Positions 61,924 to 64,000 of a stretch of DNA of 64,000 bases are shown here, piece by piece. The DNA is from Candidatus Nanopelagicales bacterium. Lineage in GTDB: Bacteria; Actinomycetota; Actinomycetes; S36-B12. The stretch is from the NCBI GenBank assembly GCA_040399625.1, contig JBBARV010000001.1, forward strand, positions 335,486 to 399,485. The letters are read 5' to 3'. The position numbers were made by a program, and so were the translations under genes. How positions within the stretch are numbered: the stretch's first letter is position 1; each line of letters opens with the position of its first letter. Under the pieces are notes generated by a model. The model searched no databases and was not told the DNA's origin. It saw nothing but the letters and a program-made list of their open reading frames with translations.

Positions 61924-64000
61924 CTACCCCTTGGGCTAAGAAGCGAGGGTTGCTGTAGCCCGCACGGTCAAGGTAGGGAGTGATCCCGCCCAGCCAAAAT
62001 GGCCAGCCTGCACCAAGAATCATGCACAGATCAAGATCCTGCGCCTCGGCGACAACCCCCTCGTCAAGCATGATTCGGGCCTCCTGGGCTAACGCCTTAA
62101 GCGCCCTATCCCTGATCTGATCCGGGGTCATAGTGCTGGGTGAATCGCCAAAGATCTCCAATACTCGTGGATCCACCGACTTGTTTCCTTTGTCATCCCA
62201 CAACCAGACGCCGGGGAGTCCCGCTGCAACAAGCTGGCCCATCTTTTCTGAGGCGTGAAATCGATCGGGGAAATGCCCATTGAGGGTTTGGGCGACGTGC
62301 TGGGCAACTGCCGGCCCAACCATCTGGACGAGGATGAAGGGATCCATGGGCAGACCCATTTCATGTACGGCGGCGTCGGCGTCGGCGAAACTCGCCCCTT
62401 CATCGACGCACGCGATGATCTCGCCAAGAAAGCGGTTGAGCAGTCGGTTGACCACAAATGCCGGTCGATCGGCAACTAAAACACATGACTTCTTGAGACC
62501 TTTGCCGACAGCAAAAGCGGTGGCCAAGGTCGCATCATTTGTTTTCAGCGCCCGTGCAATCTCCAGTAATGGCATAAGCGCGACCGGATTAAAGAAGTGG
62601 AATCCCAAAACCCGCTCAGGGTATTTCAAGTCCGTGGCCATTTCAGTGACGGAAAGTGAAGAAGTATTTGTGGCCAAAATGCAATCAGGCCGCACGACCT
62701 CTTCCAATTGTGCGAAAACAGTCTTTTTGACGCCAAGTTCTTCAAAGACTGCCTCGATCACGAAGTCAGCATCGGCAAATGAGCCCTTATCTGTCGTGCC
62801 GGAAATTAAAGCTTTGAGCCGATTACATTTGTCGGGGGAGAGACGACCTTTACCTTGTAATTTGTCTAACTCTGAGTGGACATATTTGACACCCTTGTCC
62901 ACTCGTTCCTGATCTAGATCGGTCATCACTACCGGAACCATGAGATTCCGGCTGAAAAGCAAGGCAAGCTGGCTGGCCATCAGTCCGGCACCAACAATTC
63001 CCACCTTCTTCACGGGAAGAGCCAAGGACTTATCAGGAACCCCGACGGGTCGCTTGGCGCGCTTTTGTACCAGATCAAATGCATACAGCGACGCTCGCAG
63101 GGGATCTGACATCACGAGTTCGGTCAAAGCTTGATCTTCGGCATCAAAGCCCTCGGTGCGCGTCGCTGTTTTTGCGGCGGCTACCAGGTCAAGGGCCTTA
63201 TACGGTGCGCGGGCTGCCCCATGAATTCGGGAGTCAACCTGATTACGCGCACCCTCAACGATTGCATCCCAATTATCCCGATCAATCGGTGATCGTTCGA
63301 CCGTGATCACTTTTGTGAGCACCTTTGCGGCCCACAGGATTGATTGTTCGAGGAAGTCAGCGGGTTCAAACATGGCATCCATAACACCAAGTTCCACGGA
63401 TTGCTTGGGCTTCATCTGCTTGTTCTGGCTCATGGAGTTATTAATGATTACTTCTAGCGCATTTTTCGGCCCGACCAAATTAGGTAACAACCATGCACCG
63501 CCCCAGCCAGGGATTAAGCCGAGGAAAACTTCCGGAAGAGACAGTGCCGCCGCATCGGATGAGACGGTTCGGTAATTGCAATGCAGCGCGAGTTCGAGTC
63601 CACCACCCATTGCGGCGCCATTGACAAATGCGAATGTTGGAACGGCAAACTCGCCGAAACGTCGCATCACGTCGTGACCTAATTTTCCAAAGGAAGCAAT
63701 AATTTTGGGATCATTCACCAAACCCATTGCGGAGAGGTCCGCGCCGACGGCGAAAACAAATTGCTTTCCCGTGACTCCGACCGCGGCAACATCGGCGCGA
63801 GCAGCGATTTCATCGAGCGCATTATTGAGTGATGCCAGTCCGCTGGGTCCAAAAGTTGATGGACGTGTGTGGTCTTTGCCGTTATCCAAAGTGATGAGCG
63901 CCATGGTGCCAGCACCAAATGGCATTTCGAAATACCGAACTCGAGCTTCGGTAACGATTTCCTCGGGATTGACTACTGCTGTTGTTCCTTGTGATTCGCT
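61907..64000 (-). CDS. fadB: Fused enoyl-CoA hydratase / 3-hydroxyacyl-CoA dehydrogenase (FadB-type), 5' end outside the window
   Basis: Crotonase fold ([15 protein letters not shown]) then an NAD-binding [12 protein letters not shown]. The reading frame stays open beyond 63925 to the window edge. Confidence 0.85.
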   Translation of the reverse strand, partial: SESQGTTAVVNPEEIVTEARVRYFEMPFGAGTMALITLDNGKDHTRPSTFGPSGLASLNNALDEIAARADVAAVGVTGKQFVFAVGADLSAMGLVNDPKIIASFGKLGHDVMRRFGEFAVPTFAFVNGAAMGGGLELALHCNYRTVSSDAAALSLPEVFLGLIPGWGGAWLLPNLVGPKNALEVIINNSMSQNKQMKPKQSVELGVMDAMFEPADFLEQSILWAAKVLTKVITVERSPIDRDNWDAIVEGARNQVDSRIHGAARAPYKALDLVAAAKTATRTEGFDAEDQALTELVMSDPLRASLYAFDLVQKRAKRPVGVPDKSLALPVKKVGIVGAGLMASQLALLFSRNLMVPVVMTDLDQERVDKGVKYVHSELDKLQGKGRLSPDKCNRLKALISGTTDKGSFADADFVIEAVFEELGVKKTVFAQLEEVVRPDCILATNTSSLSVTEMATDLKYPERVLGFHFFNPVALMPLLEIARALKTNDATLATAFAVGKGLKKSCVLVADRPAFVVNRLLNRFLGEIIACVDEGASFADADAAVHEMGLPMDPFILVQMVGPAVAQHVAQTLNGHFPDRFHASEKMGQLVAAGLPGVWLWDDKGNKSVDPRVLEIFGDSPSTMTPDQIRDRALKALAQEARIMLDEGVVAEAQDLDLCMILGAGWPFWLGGITPYLDRAGYSNPRFLAQGVASVPA

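Noticed and set aside
1-64000. Scan for tRNA or rRNA genes, CRISPR arrays, IS elements, integrases, toxin-antitoxin pairs and known defence-system domains
   Set aside because: None was recognised by eye. All gaps over 100 bp were read on both strands, and only the elements reported above were found. A formal tRNAscan, Infernal and HMM search is still needed.

Overview
This window looks like a compact core-chromosome segment of an actinobacterium (Actinomycetota), with GC eyeballed at 50-55% and most intergenic gaps under 100 bp. The gene order recA-recX, miaB-miaA, dapF-hflX, DinG-like helicase, lexA, divergent LysM gene, nrdR-nrdJ parallels, from memory, the Mycobacterium Rv2737c-Rv2718c block. 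Downstream come metY-metX behind a SAM-IV riboswitch, sigA and the two topoisomerase IV-like subunits. After those come pseudouridine catabolism genes, tdk, a SepH-like gene, dut with its conserved actinobacterial DUF neighbours, a trkA pair, acn, dxs and fadB. I saw no rRNA, tRNA, CRISPR array, transposase, integrase, prophage or recognisable defence genes, and I cannot support a complete novel multi-gene system. The best leads are five. First, a 10-codon upstream ORF with three consecutive Cys codons lies between the SAM-IV aptamer and metY. Second, a 696-aa fusion protein (flippase-like membrane domain, NodS-like methyltransferase, GNAT) is translationally coupled to an M15 peptidase. Third, a SepH-like gene has a conserved helix-turn-helix segment that only a CTG start can encode. 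Fourth, three interlocking inverted-repeat copies sit just upstream of aconitase. Fifth, an unusually long hairpin-rich non-coding stretch precedes nrdR-nrdJ. Exact matches to the LexA box and the RecA-NDp/PafBC promoter motif occur upstream of recA. Family names come from motif recognition by eye, not from database searches.
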